Source of the DNA: Ostreococcus lucimarinus | Taxonomy: Eukaryota | Direction: 5' to 3' (one strand) | NCBI GenBank assembly: GCA_000092065.1 | Contig: CP000588.1 | Length of the DNA: 64,000 nucleotides | Part shown: in pieces, positions 29,854 through 39,550 of the stretch | How positions within the stretch are numbered: position 1 is the stretch's first letter | How the letters are laid out: each line of letters starts with the position of its first letter | Notes under the pieces: model-generated | Told to the model about the DNA's origin: nothing | Seen by the model: only the letters and a program-made list of their open reading frames with translations | The model's database searches: none | Made by a program: the position numbers and the translations under genes

Positions 29854-31455
29854 ATGGCGCCGAAGCGCGGCGCGCGCGACGGCGCGCGCGCGCCCTCGAC
29901 CGCGGCGGATCGACCGGCGGCGTCGAGCCTGCGCGGGGACGTCACGGTGGTCGTCGACCTCGGAGGGTCGAGCCTGAAACTGTGCGTCGCCGAGGACGGC
30001 GCGACGGCGACGCGAAGCGCGCCGAACGCGAGCGCGCGCGTCAAGGCGAGCGATGGCGCCGGGTTCGTGACGCTGCGGGGCGAGGAGATCGATGGGGTGG
30101 TGGACGTGAACGGATTGGCGCTGCGACGGCCGTGCGACCGCGGGTACGTCGTGCACTGGGAGCAACAGCGGGAGATATTAGACGACGCGCTGCGGCGAAC
30201 GCTCGGCGTGGATCCGACGCGGTGCGATTTGATCATCACCGAACCGCCGTTCGCGCTGCCGCGCACGCGAGAGGCGCTGGATGAGATGGTGTTTGAATAT
30301 TTTGGGTTTCGGCGGGCGTTGGTGACGACGCCGGCGAAACTGACGAAACGATTCGCCGATTTCGTGGACGCGAAGAAACGAGACGCGAAGGATTTGTGCG
30401 TCGTCGCGCGATCTGGGGTGGTTTTGGATTGTGGGTTTTCTTTCGCGCACGCGACGGCGTTTGTGGATGGGACCGAGGTGCCGCGCGGGATCAAGCGGTT
30501 GAACCTCGGGGGAAAGGCGTTGACGAATTATTTAAAAGAACTCGTTAGCTTTCGACAATGGAACATGATGGACGAAAGCGCGGTGATCGAGGACGTGAAG
30601 GAAAAGATGTGCTACGTCGCCGACGATGCTTTGGCGGAATTGGAGAAGTGCAAGGCGAAGCGAGGTGGAACGGTGAAGCGCGAGTACGTATTGCCAGACG
30701 GAATACACGTCTTGCGAGGGTTCGTGCGCGAGGACAGCGCAAACGTGGACAAGAAGGATGGTTCAGACGACGACGAAGAATTATCGGAATCTGACGAAGA
30801 TGATGACGATTTCGGTGCTTCAGGGAGGACAAAGAAACGACCGAAGAAGAAGGTGCCGAAGGAAAAGAAAGTTAAAATTCCCAAAAAGGATGAACCAGAG
30901 CACCAATTCTTGACGCTCGTCAACGAGCGCTTCATGGTGCCGGAGGTGCTATTTCATCCGAGCGATATCGGCGGACGGCAGTGTGGGGTAGCGGAGTTAG
31001 TGACACAGGCAGTGGAAAACGAGGATTTGTCTAACGAAGCCATGCGAGCGCTCGCCTACCTCGACGTCATTGTCACTGGGGGGTGCTCAAAGTTTCCAAA
31101 CTTTATGGAACGCTTTGAGCGCGAATTACGGCCGCTGGTCTCGGAGTCGTACATGTTGCGCATCCGGCAAATGGATGATCCAATTCAAGCGGCTTGCTTA
31201 GGCGGCGTCGATATCGCGAAGGATCGGGAATTTTTCGAGAAACATGCGCTCACGAAGGAGGAGTACCTGGCGAACAAGACGAGTATTCGCGCCGCGCACG
31301 AGAGTTTGGAATTCGAGCCAAACGTTCGCACCGGGCGTTTGCGTGAATACGCCGCGACGCCGAACCTAAAAAAACTGGACAAGAAGCGCATCATCGAGGA
31401 TTGTGAAAAGCTGACGCCTAGTTTCGAGCGGGACATCATTCACGCGTCCGCGTGA
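29854..31455 (+). CDS. ARP6: Actin-related protein ARP6 (SWR1/SRCAP complex) with a charged insertion
   Basis: Actin fold motifs '[11 protein letters not shown]', 'LIITEPPF', '[42 protein letters not shown]' (closely matches the ARP6 signature as I recall it), '[13 protein letters not shown]'. Acidic/basic insertion '[37 protein letters not shown]'. Confidence 0.75.
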   Translation: MAPKRGARDGARAPSTAADRPAASSLRGDVTVVVDLGGSSLKLCVAEDGATATRSAPNASARVKASDGAGFVTLRGEEIDGVVDVNGLALRRPCDRGYVVHWEQQREILDDALRRTLGVDPTRCDLIITEPPFALPRTREALDEMVFEYFGFRRALVTTPAKLTKRFADFVDAKKRDAKDLCVVARSGVVLDCGFSFAHATAFVDGTEVPRGIKRLNLGGKALTNYLKELVSFRQWNMMDESAVIEDVKEKMCYVADDALAELEKCKAKRGGTVKREYVLPDGIHVLRGFVREDSANVDKKDGSDDDEELSESDEDDDDFGASGRTKKRPKKKVPKEKKVKIPKKDEPEHQFLTLVNERFMVPEVLFHPSDIGGRQCGVAELVTQAVENEDLSNEAMRALAYLDVIVTGGCSKFPNFMERFERELRPLVSESYMLRIRQMDDPIQAACLGGVDIAKDREFFEKHALTKEEYLANKTSIRAAHESLEFEPNVRTGRLREYAATPNLKKLDKKRIIEDCEKLTPSFERDIIHASA

Positions 31456-31493
31456 TAATTTGTGTTCTACGTTTTAGCGATTGTCAATACTGT

Positions 31494-33659
31494 CTATCCT
31501 CTTAGTCCTACAGTGTCCTTTCTGTGCCCGCCGATCAAACAACAGCTGAGCCCGCAGCACCCCGATCGAGCTGACCATTGCTGACTGTGCGTGCAATCAT
31601 CGCGCCAGAGTTCACTGTACACGCGCTCCTGCTCCTCCTTCTTGATGCCAACGATGTCCATCCACGCCTTGTTGTGTTTGAACTCGTTGGCGAATTGAAA
31701 GAGATAGGGAACGGCAATCGGCACGAACAATTGGCCTTTGAGTTCGTCCCGAACGGTGTCGTCCATCGGCACATACAAATCCGAGTAAAATCTTCCTCGC
31801 ACGGAACTCGCCTTCCAGCTCGGCTTGTTGTGTTTCTCCGACTTCTCCGCGCGTTCCTGAAGAAGCTTAGATTTGGAATTGATGACGTCTACATCGCTGG
31901 TAGAAGTGGAATTCCCACTTCCAATCGCCGCCGTCGAGTTTGAGGACGACGATTCCTTGCCGCTATCATCATCATACTCAGACATGAGGTTGGCGTCGCC
32001 GTCCTCGTACTGTCCAGAGGCAGTGCTTTTCGTCTCCGTCTGGCCCATGACTCCCAAAACCTCTTCGATGTCTACTCCGCCTTCGACGCCCGTCTCATCC
32101 GTGTGCTCTTGCTTAACATCATCAAGTCTGTCGTCCACTTGCGTCAAGCTCGAAATCAACCCATCGATGTCGTTCCCGTCGAAGGCGGCTGATTCATCGT
32201 CGGCGAGCAATTTACGCGACTTGACGCTGTGGCGCACCGGGATGTTGTAGCGACGCTTCCACTTGTACGGCAGGGGCGGGATCTTACCCTTCTGCGCCAT
32301 CACGTCCAAACGCTTCACATGCGGCTCGAAGAACGCCAACAACTCCTCGGTGGCTTCCTTGTCTTCGCTAGTCTTTGCCAACTGCGGTTGCAAATCAAAC
32401 GCGATGGACGCTAGGTCGGTATCTTCCAGTGCTCCCAGGCCCGCGATTTCGTACGGGGTCAGGCTCGGGGGTAATCCGAGATACGTTTCCACCTCTTTGG
32501 CGACTTCCGTGGGGTTTTCCTCGATGTCGTCAGTGTAAATTACGAGCAAATTCGGGAACTCCTTCAACCACACTTCCAAATACTCGGCGTACATGCTCCA
32601 GCCCAAAACCGAATGAAAGTCCAAGCACTCTCGAGTGAGAGTACCACTATCGGCGCCGTCTGCCTCTTTCACGCATTGCTCCAAGTACTCTTTCGTCTTC
32701 TTCGCCGTCGCTCCCCAAGTGTAGCCGTTTTCCTTCAACGCGCACGCGCTCAATCCCGACGCCTCCACGGGCGTCCCGTGAGGGTGATTCTCCTCCACGT
32801 ATCGCGCCATCGCCCGTCCCACCGGGTCTCGCAGCACTACGATTGGCCGCAAATTTGGCATCAATCGCTTCATTGTCGACGCACAGCACGCGCAATTGAA
32901 ATACGTATCACTCCAGTCCCCGGTGACGACGTCCCCGAGCTCGCGTTCAAACGCCTCGCCGTCTCGCTTCGCTTTCATCGTCTCGCTCGGATCATACGGG
33001 CTCCACGTCTCCCCGTGTCCGGCTTGCACCGCGCTAAAATACGCCTTCAGCAATAACTCCGGCGGTTCGCACATCTGCACCCCTTGCGTGGCGCCGTACA
33101 CTGGATTAAAAAAATGCATCGTCTTTTGCCCAGTCGTCAACATGTCGTGCTGCGACATCAATCGCTTCAGTCGCCGCATCCCTCCCACGTGGCTCCCGAT
33201 CACCGCGAACGACGGCAGACACGTCTGTTCGCCCGTCAGCGCCGGATCTTTGCTACACCGCATCGGTCCCGCCGCGCCGACGCTCGCCGCGCGTCGCGCC
33301 GCCCATCGGCTCACGTGCTCAAACTTCCAAATTGGGTGTTCAACGAAATACGACCCCGCGTACAGCACCATCGCGCACGCCACGAGCGCGAGCGCGCCTG
33401 GAATCAAATGCCTCACATTTCTACGTCGTTCATCGTCGTTTTCGCGCCGCGGCGCCGCGACGGCGTCGACTACGGCGCCGAAACGTCCGCCAACACCATC
33501 GTCTTCGGGCCGTCGATCGCGACGGTCGTGCGCCGACGCGACCGAGCGATCGTCGCCGTCCGAGGTGCTGGCGACGAGATTGCTGCGCTCGCTCGCCGCG
33601 CGTCGCGCGTTCGCGGACTCGCGGGCGAGCGAGGCGGCGCGCGCCGCGCGGGACCACAT
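31494..33659 (-). CDS. Type II membrane protein with sulfotransferase-like domain, Ser/Asp-rich linker and conserved C-terminal region
   Basis: Single TM 'HLIPGALALVACAMVLYAGSYFV'. 'VVLRDPVGRAMARY' resembles the sulfotransferase 3'-PB motif (RDPxxRxxSxY). 5'-PSB-like 'FAVIGSHVGGMRRL' is only weak. Start uncertain. Confidence 0.45.
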   Translation of the reverse strand: MWSRAARAASLARESANARRAASERSNLVASTSDGDDRSVASAHDRRDRRPEDDGVGGRFGAVVDAVAAPRRENDDERRRNVRHLIPGALALVACAMVLYAGSYFVEHPIWKFEHVSRWAARRAASVGAAGPMRCSKDPALTGEQTCLPSFAVIGSHVGGMRRLKRLMSQHDMLTTGQKTMHFFNPVYGATQGVQMCEPPELLLKAYFSAVQAGHGETWSPYDPSETMKAKRDGEAFERELGDVVTGDWSDTYFNCACCASTMKRLMPNLRPIVVLRDPVGRAMARYVEENHPHGTPVEASGLSACALKENGYTWGATAKKTKEYLEQCVKEADGADSGTLTRECLDFHSVLGWSMYAEYLEVWLKEFPNLLVIYTDDIEENPTEVAKEVETYLGLPPSLTPYEIAGLGALEDTDLASIAFDLQPQLAKTSEDKEATEELLAFFEPHVKRLDVMAQKGKIPPLPYKWKRRYNIPVRHSVKSRKLLADDESAAFDGNDIDGLISSLTQVDDRLDDVKQEHTDETGVEGGVDIEEVLGVMGQTETKSTASGQYEDGDANLMSEYDDDSGKESSSSNSTAAIGSGNSTSTSDVDVINSKSKLLQERAEKSEKHNKPSWKASSVRGRFYSDLYVPMDDTVRDELKGQLFVPIAVPYLFQFANEFKHNKAWMDIVGIKKEEQERVYSELWRDDCTHSQQWSARSGCCGLSCCLIGGHRKDTVGLRG

Positions 33660-33742
33660 CGCGTCGTCCTCTGGCGAGGGTCAGTTTTCGTGTTCGCCTT
33701 CGACGGCGCGCCGAAGCCGCGGAACGCGCGATGGATTACAAG

Positions 33743-34714
33743 CTAACGACGCTCGGCTAAGGTGTCTAGAACGCGAGGAAATAAGGGTAAACACACGCCC
33801 AAACACTGCTTGGCCGCGTGCGGGGCGCCCGGGAGGTTGACGACGAGCGCGCCGGCGACGGCGACGCCGGCGACGGCGCGAGAGAGCGCCGCGCGCGGCT
33901 CGGCGATCGAAGTCACCGCGCGAATGGCTTCTGGAATGCCCGGGATCTCGCGCGCGAGCACGCGCGCGGTTGCTTCGGGGGTGACGTCGCGCGGCGCGCA
34001 CCCGGTACCACCGGTGGTGAGCACGAGGTCGCATCGAGACGTCAAGTCTCGAAGCGCGGCTTCGATGTCGTCGACGTCGTCGGCGACGACGACGCGCGAT
34101 GTCTCCGCGATGACCAACGCCCCAGACGCGGCGGCGTACTCACACACCGCGCGTTCAACTAACGGCCCGCTCTCGTCCGCGTACGTCCCCGCGGCGGCGC
34201 GGTCCGAACACGTCAACACGCCCACGCGCACGCTTCGCGCCGCTGCGCCGTCCCGAAGCGCGCACGCCGCCGCGACGGCGTCTCCGCCGCCACTCGACAG
34301 CTCTTCCGCGGGCGTGCAGCAAACCTCGCTCAACGCACCGCTCACACTCACGAACGGCGCGCGCGTGGCGCCCACCGCGTCGCGCGGCGTCGCCTCGAGC
34401 GCCTCCAACGCGTCGTGCTTCGCGTGCAACCGCCGTCCCGACTCAAACGCCGCCAACTGTTCCGCGCTCGCCTTTACCTGATGCTTCTTTTTCCAATCCC
34501 CGTACGGTTCGCCGTACACGTATTCACACGCTTCGTCGTACGTCATGGGATACCCCACCGTTCGCGCGCCGAGGAGCGTCCACTTGGCGCAGCAGTTTCG
34601 GCAAAAACCAGCGAGATTCATGAGGTCGATATTTTGCACGTCGTTTCGCGCGCGCATGTGCGCCAACAGGGCGCGAAAGGCGTGCGCTTCGATTTGAGTC
34701 TGTAATGACGTCAT
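33743..34714 (-). CDS. DUF1244-like N-terminal domain fused to MogA/MoaB-type molybdopterin-binding domain
   Basis: 'NIDLMNLAGFCRNCCAKWTL' is DUF1244-like. 'VGVLTCSDRAAAGTYADESGPLV...DLVLTTGGTGCAPRDVTPEA...REIPGIPEA' is the MogA/MoaB/Cnx1-G fold motif. Start set at 'MTSLQTQ' (34714). The upstream in-frame Arg-rich 94 codons could be a presequence. Confidence 0.65.
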   Translation of the reverse strand: MTSLQTQIEAHAFRALLAHMRARNDVQNIDLMNLAGFCRNCCAKWTLLGARTVGYPMTYDEACEYVYGEPYGDWKKKHQVKASAEQLAAFESGRRLHAKHDALEALEATPRDAVGATRAPFVSVSGALSEVCCTPAEELSSGGGDAVAAACALRDGAAARSVRVGVLTCSDRAAAGTYADESGPLVERAVCEYAAASGALVIAETSRVVVADDVDDIEAALRDLTSRCDLVLTTGGTGCAPRDVTPEATARVLAREIPGIPEAIRAVTSIAEPRAALSRAVAGVAVAGALVVNLPGAPHAAKQCLGVCLPLFPRVLDTLAERR

Positions 34715-34851
34715 TCGAGCGGCGATGCGCGCGCGCGCGAGGGAACGTGCGCGCGCGAGTGTGACGCCGGCGCCGAAGCGTCTGGCGTCGGGACGGCGGC
34801 GGAGGCGACGGCGACAACGCGTGGCGGTTAAATTACATCGGGCGGCGACGC

Positions 34852-35604
34852 TCAGCCCTCTGCGCCGTGAATCTGAAACGCGGCGTACTCTTTCCAGAGC
34901 GCCTCCATGTGCTTGATGTACGGCGCCGCCACATCGGGTTGGTTGCGAGCTATCAACACGTTGTCGTGATTGTCCAGCACGCCCGCCCGCGTCCAATTAA
35001 ACGAACCCGTGATGACCACGGGATCGTTCGTCTCACCGTCGATGATGGCAAATTTATGATGCATCATCCCGCGCTTATTCGGATCGTTCGAGTGCGCGTC
35101 GCATCGTACGTCTATTTTCCGCGCCTCGCTGAGCTCTCGAATATCCGAACCGAGCGAGTCCACGTTGTTCGCGTCCGTGACGATTCGCACCCTAATCCCA
35201 CGTTTCGCCGCGCGTTGAATCGCTCGCTTAATATCATCGCACGTAATCGTAAAGCACACCACGTCCAGCGTCGACGTCGCCTTGTCCAGCGTTCGTATGA
35301 ATTTCACCAGAGACGTCGTGTGGTGCGCCTTGTCGCAGTGCGCCTTCGCGCACCGATAATTCGCATCCAGCATGCTTCGACACGGCATGACGGCGTCGGG
35401 GAATATTAAGATTTCCGTGGACTGCGACGTGAAATGCGCGTGCGCCTCGTGTTCGGCCGCGCTTTCCCACGAGTTGGTCTCGGCGTTGAAGAAGGATTTT
35501 TTCGCTCTGGCGCCAACCGTCAACCGTCGCGTTCCGGTGCTCGACGTCGCGCGACGCGCGCGGCGCGGGGCGACGGGGCGCCCGAGCGGCACGGCGCGCG
35601 ACAT
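34852..35604 (-). CDS. Single-HKD phospholipase D-superfamily protein (Nuc/Zucchini/PLD6-like)
   Basis: HKD motif 'HHKFAIIDG....VITGSFNWTRAG' and upstream 'IRVRIVTDANN'. Size 250 aa, typical of Nuc-type PLD nucleases/cardiolipin hydrolases. Confidence 0.7.
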   Translation of the reverse strand: MSRAVPLGRPVAPRRARRATSSTGTRRLTVGARAKKSFFNAETNSWESAAEHEAHAHFTSQSTEILIFPDAVMPCRSMLDANYRCAKAHCDKAHHTTSLVKFIRTLDKATSTLDVVCFTITCDDIKRAIQRAAKRGIRVRIVTDANNVDSLGSDIRELSEARKIDVRCDAHSNDPNKRGMMHHKFAIIDGETNDPVVITGSFNWTRAGVLDNHDNVLIARNQPDVAAPYIKHMEALWKEYAAFQIHGAEG

Positions 35605-35659
35605 GCCGCGCGACGTCGCGATGGCGCGACTGCGTCTCGGGACGGATCGTTCGTGACGA

Positions 35660-35725
35660 CGCGTCGGTTCTGGTCGGTCGGTCGGTCGGTCGGTCGAGCG
35701 GTCGAGCGGTCGAGCGGTCGAGCGG
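35660..35725. repeat. (GGTC)n / (GAGCGGTC)n microsatellite in spacer
   Basis: 'ggtcggtcggtcggtcggtcgagcggtcgagcggtcgagcggtcgagcgg' is directly visible between the HKD gene start and the Patched-like gene 3' end. Confidence 0.8.
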
Positions 35726-35873
35726 GACAGTTACTCCTCCGTCGGCGGGCGGCGTTTTCGCTCTAACGAGAGACGGCGACGGCGCTCGATCGCGAGCGAT
35801 GAGATGTTTTCGTATGAAAAGGTGGGATTTGCGTCGATCGATGTGGGTGTGCCGGCCTCGGTCGACGTCTTCG

Positions 35874-38800
35874 TCATCGCGGCGGCGGCTGGACGTACGC
35901 CGGGCCGAGCGCGGCCAACACGACGGGCAACACGACGACGGCGTGGATGAAGCTCGCGGTGAGCGTGACGACGATGAAGGTTGCGAACTTTGTGAAGAAG
36001 ACGATGGTACATCCGAGCAAGCATGCCGCGGCGGCGATGGATGAGAACCAGCCGGCGGTGATGGCGCCTCCGACGATGCGGAGCGCCGAGAGTGAACGCT
36101 CGTCCTTTGTCATGGGTTGGTTATGCGTTGATACGTACGCGACAGCGATGTGGCTGATATAATCGATGCTGAGACCGACAATAATCTGCACGCACACGGA
36201 TTCGATGATGCCCAGACGCCATCCGCGAAGCGCCATGAAGGCGACAAAGTATACTACGACGGAGGCGATGCAAAACGTCGCTGCGGCGGCGATTTTGACG
36301 CTCAAGGTGCAAAGAAATAGAACCATAAACGCCAAAACTAACGAATATACGACGGTCAACGAAGCGGCTGATTTAAGTTCGTCAACCGTATCTGCGAGAA
36401 CCCACGTATCGCTTGATTGAAACGCGCCGCGCGTCTCCGGAGGCCCAGTCGAGATCTTTGCCGCAAACCACGTTTCCCAGAAATCGTGCGCTTTTCTGAT
36501 TTCATCAGCCGTAGACACCCTGCGCGCCGACGTCGGTACCGTGATTGCTGAGTATGCGACACAGAGATCATCGCCCAGGCGATATTTGTCGCAGTCGTCT
36601 CTATTTCGTATGAAGCGCAGTAAGCCGTACGTATTCACGTGATTGGCGAACGTTCGAACGGCGTAACGAAAGTCTTGTCGAGCGATGGGTAAACCGTCGA
36701 TGTGTGCACCGAGTAATCCTCCGTCTTTGAGCCATACATCAAGATCATATATCCAACAATTGACCGTCGTTGGAGACACGATGCGATCGCGCATCGATCT
36801 AAGCTCGGCACAGAATTCTAGCAACCATATCTGAGAGTCTTCGTCGGAAAAATCATACGACGCATTCGGCTCAACGAGCCACACTGGAACGCCAGAGTAC
36901 GACAGAGACTTATCAGATATAGCGGACACGCTCGAGCGCGCGGCATCGAGGCCGAATGTGAACTGGACGAGGACGCTTTCTTCGTAGCGAGACGAGTTAA
37001 AACTCTGCGCGGCGAGCGTGTAATCGTGGATAACGTGGCCTTTTGGCCACAGAGACAGTGACTCGTCGCCGGTTTGCTTCACGATGTTGAGCCCAAGAAG
37101 CACGGCGCCGACAATCATGGCAACAAATACCACATTAAGCGTCCACTTCCAATACACGAGGCGAGTAAACGTCGCAGCAAGTAAATCCCGGCGACGACGC
37201 GACGTCCTCCGAGGTGAGAGCGCTGGAGACGTCGATGCGGACGATGCTTCATCTATCAAAGGGCGTCCTTCGACGGCAAATGATGGACGTAGTGTTAACG
37301 CAACCGGATCTAATGGTGCGGATGCCATGCGCCTATGGATGACACGACTGAGAGTTTCAGGAAAGTCACCAAAATCGATTGTCGCTCTCCGTTGCGCAGA
37401 TCCACGACGAGCCACCACAGTCGGATTTACGTCGACTACTTCCTCTTGAGAAGGCATCACGCGGTTTCTCGAGACCGCGATGCGCTTCCACTTTTCATTC
37501 AAAATCAACACCGAAGATGTCACGACGATACTGACGAGTAGGAGAAAAATAATCTGCGTCGCCATAAATGTGCCAAATAGCCGAACGGGAGGAATGGAGC
37601 TCGGAATGCTGCTTGCAAAAGCCGCCGCCGTAGTGAAAGATGTGATACTTATACTAAATGCCGAGTGACGTAGGGTCCATTGCATGCGTTCTTCTAAAGT
37701 TGCGTCCAGGCTCTCTTTTTCCTCGACGTTGTTCGCGCTCGCCTGCCAATGATCGTAAATCACGAAGACGTCGTCGGCGCCGATGCCGATAGATAGGAAA
37801 ATTCCCGCAATATGAATTATGCCGAACCATTCTCGTCTGTACACTTCATAGTAAGTCGCATGCGTGAGAAGAGTCGCACCGATTATACTAATCATGCTGC
37901 AAATGGCGAGTGAGAGCGAGCGGGTGTGCAAAGCGATGAACGCCACCGTCACACACAGCGAGCCCACGGCGAATACGCAATCCTTCGCGAGACGATCATC
38001 CAGCATCGAGTTGTACGCATTAATGTGCCGCCAGGAAGCGAAGGTTCCCGTGGAAACAGATGAGACGTCAGAGTTGAAATGTTCGATGACGTGCCGAGCC
38101 ACATTCTTAACCCAAATCGTCGACTGATCACTGTATGAAAGCCGAAACACGATGGCCATCCTGCGCGGCTCGCCTCGCTCTTGCGCCATGTTTGGCAAGA
38201 AAGCATCGTTTAATAATATTCCGAACGGTGCCCCGAAAGCCTCGATTGCGTCCCACGAGCTGGACCAGCGTAAAATCACTTCTATCCCGAGCATTGTATC
38301 CCACACAGCAACCGCATCGATTTCACGGCACGCCACCGCGTCGAGGTTTTTATTCATCTTCGCGACGGCGATTATCTCCCCGACCGTAGGATCCACGTGC
38401 TCTATAAAATCGCAAATACCAATCTTAAACTCTCCGATCATGCATCGCGCGCTACTCGTGACGTCGCAAGGATATTCGTGACACGCGGCGACGGCGTCGC
38501 ACATCGATCGATGCGCCGCCTCGACGATCTCGCGCGTAAACATTCGATATCCGCATTGATCGCGAATAAAATCCAAGCGCGCCGATACTTCTGCAAACGT
38601 CCCTTGCCCAAGCTTCTGTGCGCCTTCGAAGACGTCCCATAAACCCACCAATCGATACATATTCTCGATGTCAAAAATACTAAACGCCGCCGCGCATCCG
38701 TCCCCGTATCGATCCTCCTCGCACGTGTCCTCGTAGCCCCACGCGTGCTCGATGTTATGCTTTAAAACGCACACTTGGCGAAGTGCGTTCGCGATATCAC

Positions 38801-39338
38801 TCGGTGTGTCACCCTTGCGATCCACTCGACTGACGATGACGTGAAATTCATTCGCCCCCGTGCCGCCGTCGACGCCCGATTTCGCGTTCAATCCCAAAAT
38901 CCGCCGATCGAGACTCGACGCGAGCCTTCTCGTTGGCGGCAAACCAAGGAACGGCGGTGGTGGCGGCGGCGATGGTGGCAGCGGTGGCGGCAGCGGTGGC
39001 GGCAGCGGTGGTGGTGCGAGTCCATCGCTCGACGACGCATTCGTCACCAATAATCTCCGCCGCGCCAGTCGCCTCGATTGCAAATCCAACGGCGTCGCCG
39101 CGCTCCAGCGCTTCGCGAGCCCCACCGCCAGCGCCCTCGTCGTCCTCGGCGTCCCTCGCGCACGATACGATTCCAATGACGTGTCTATGCTCAGCGCGAC
39201 GTCTTTCGTCGCGATAGCGTACGCTGCGAGCGCGATGAGACCCAACGCGCACGCGAGCGCCGCCCAAGGCTGTTTGACCACGGTTCGAGTGAAAACTTTA
39301 ACGGGCCACGAGACGCGTGTGGGGCCGTCGCGAGGCAT
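35874..39338 (-). CDS. Patched/Dispatched-family RND-type transporter with sterol-sensing-domain-like TM block (1154 aa)
   Basis: 12-TM RND topology. 'GIGADDVFVIYDHWQAS' resembles the 'GIGVDDxF' RND/SSD motif. Two large extracytoplasmic loops. Polyproline tract near the N-terminus. Confidence 0.7.
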   Translation of the reverse strand: MPRDGPTRVSWPVKVFTRTVVKQPWAALACALGLIALAAYAIATKDVALSIDTSLESYRARGTPRTTRALAVGLAKRWSAATPLDLQSRRLARRRLLVTNASSSDGLAPPPLPPPLPPPLPPSPPPPPPFLGLPPTRRLASSLDRRILGLNAKSGVDGGTGANEFHVIVSRVDRKGDTPSDIANALRQVCVLKHNIEHAWGYEDTCEEDRYGDGCAAAFSIFDIENMYRLVGLWDVFEGAQKLGQGTFAEVSARLDFIRDQCGYRMFTREIVEAAHRSMCDAVAACHEYPCDVTSSARCMIGEFKIGICDFIEHVDPTVGEIIAVAKMNKNLDAVACREIDAVAVWDTMLGIEVILRWSSSWDAIEAFGAPFGILLNDAFLPNMAQERGEPRRMAIVFRLSYSDQSTIWVKNVARHVIEHFNSDVSSVSTGTFASWRHINAYNSMLDDRLAKDCVFAVGSLCVTVAFIALHTRSLSLAICSMISIIGATLLTHATYYEVYRREWFGIIHIAGIFLSIGIGADDVFVIYDHWQASANNVEEKESLDATLEERMQWTLRHSAFSISITSFTTAAAFASSIPSSIPPVRLFGTFMATQIIFLLLVSIVVTSSVLILNEKWKRIAVSRNRVMPSQEEVVDVNPTVVARRGSAQRRATIDFGDFPETLSRVIHRRMASAPLDPVALTLRPSFAVEGRPLIDEASSASTSPALSPRRTSRRRRDLLAATFTRLVYWKWTLNVVFVAMIVGAVLLGLNIVKQTGDESLSLWPKGHVIHDYTLAAQSFNSSRYEESVLVQFTFGLDAARSSVSAISDKSLSYSGVPVWLVEPNASYDFSDEDSQIWLLEFCAELRSMRDRIVSPTTVNCWIYDLDVWLKDGGLLGAHIDGLPIARQDFRYAVRTFANHVNTYGLLRFIRNRDDCDKYRLGDDLCVAYSAITVPTSARRVSTADEIRKAHDFWETWFAAKISTGPPETRGAFQSSDTWVLADTVDELKSAASLTVVYSLVLAFMVLFLCTLSVKIAAAATFCIASVVVYFVAFMALRGWRLGIIESVCVQIIVGLSIDYISHIAVAYVSTHNQPMTKDERSLSALRIVGGAITAGWFSSIAAAACLLGCTIVFFTKFATFIVVTLTASFIHAVVVLPVVLAALGPAYVQPPPR

Positions 39339-39550
39339 GTCTGCGAGCGTTTACGCGAAGATCAAGATATAATACGCGCCTGGAGCGCGTTTGAGCGCGC
39401 GTGAACGCGGACGCGCGATGCGAACCGCTTTGGAGTGAGGACGCGCGCTCGCGGTTCTCCGGCGCCAACGAGGCGCGGAGTGAGCCGCGCTCGATCGGTG
39501 CGTCCGGTTACAGAGTGCTACTATGATATTGAAACAAAATATTGTATGGT

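Noticed and set aside
33084-33840. 314-aa and 220-aa + strand ORFs over the sulfotransferase-like gene
   Set aside because: Antisense to that gene, Arg/Ser-rich, no motifs.
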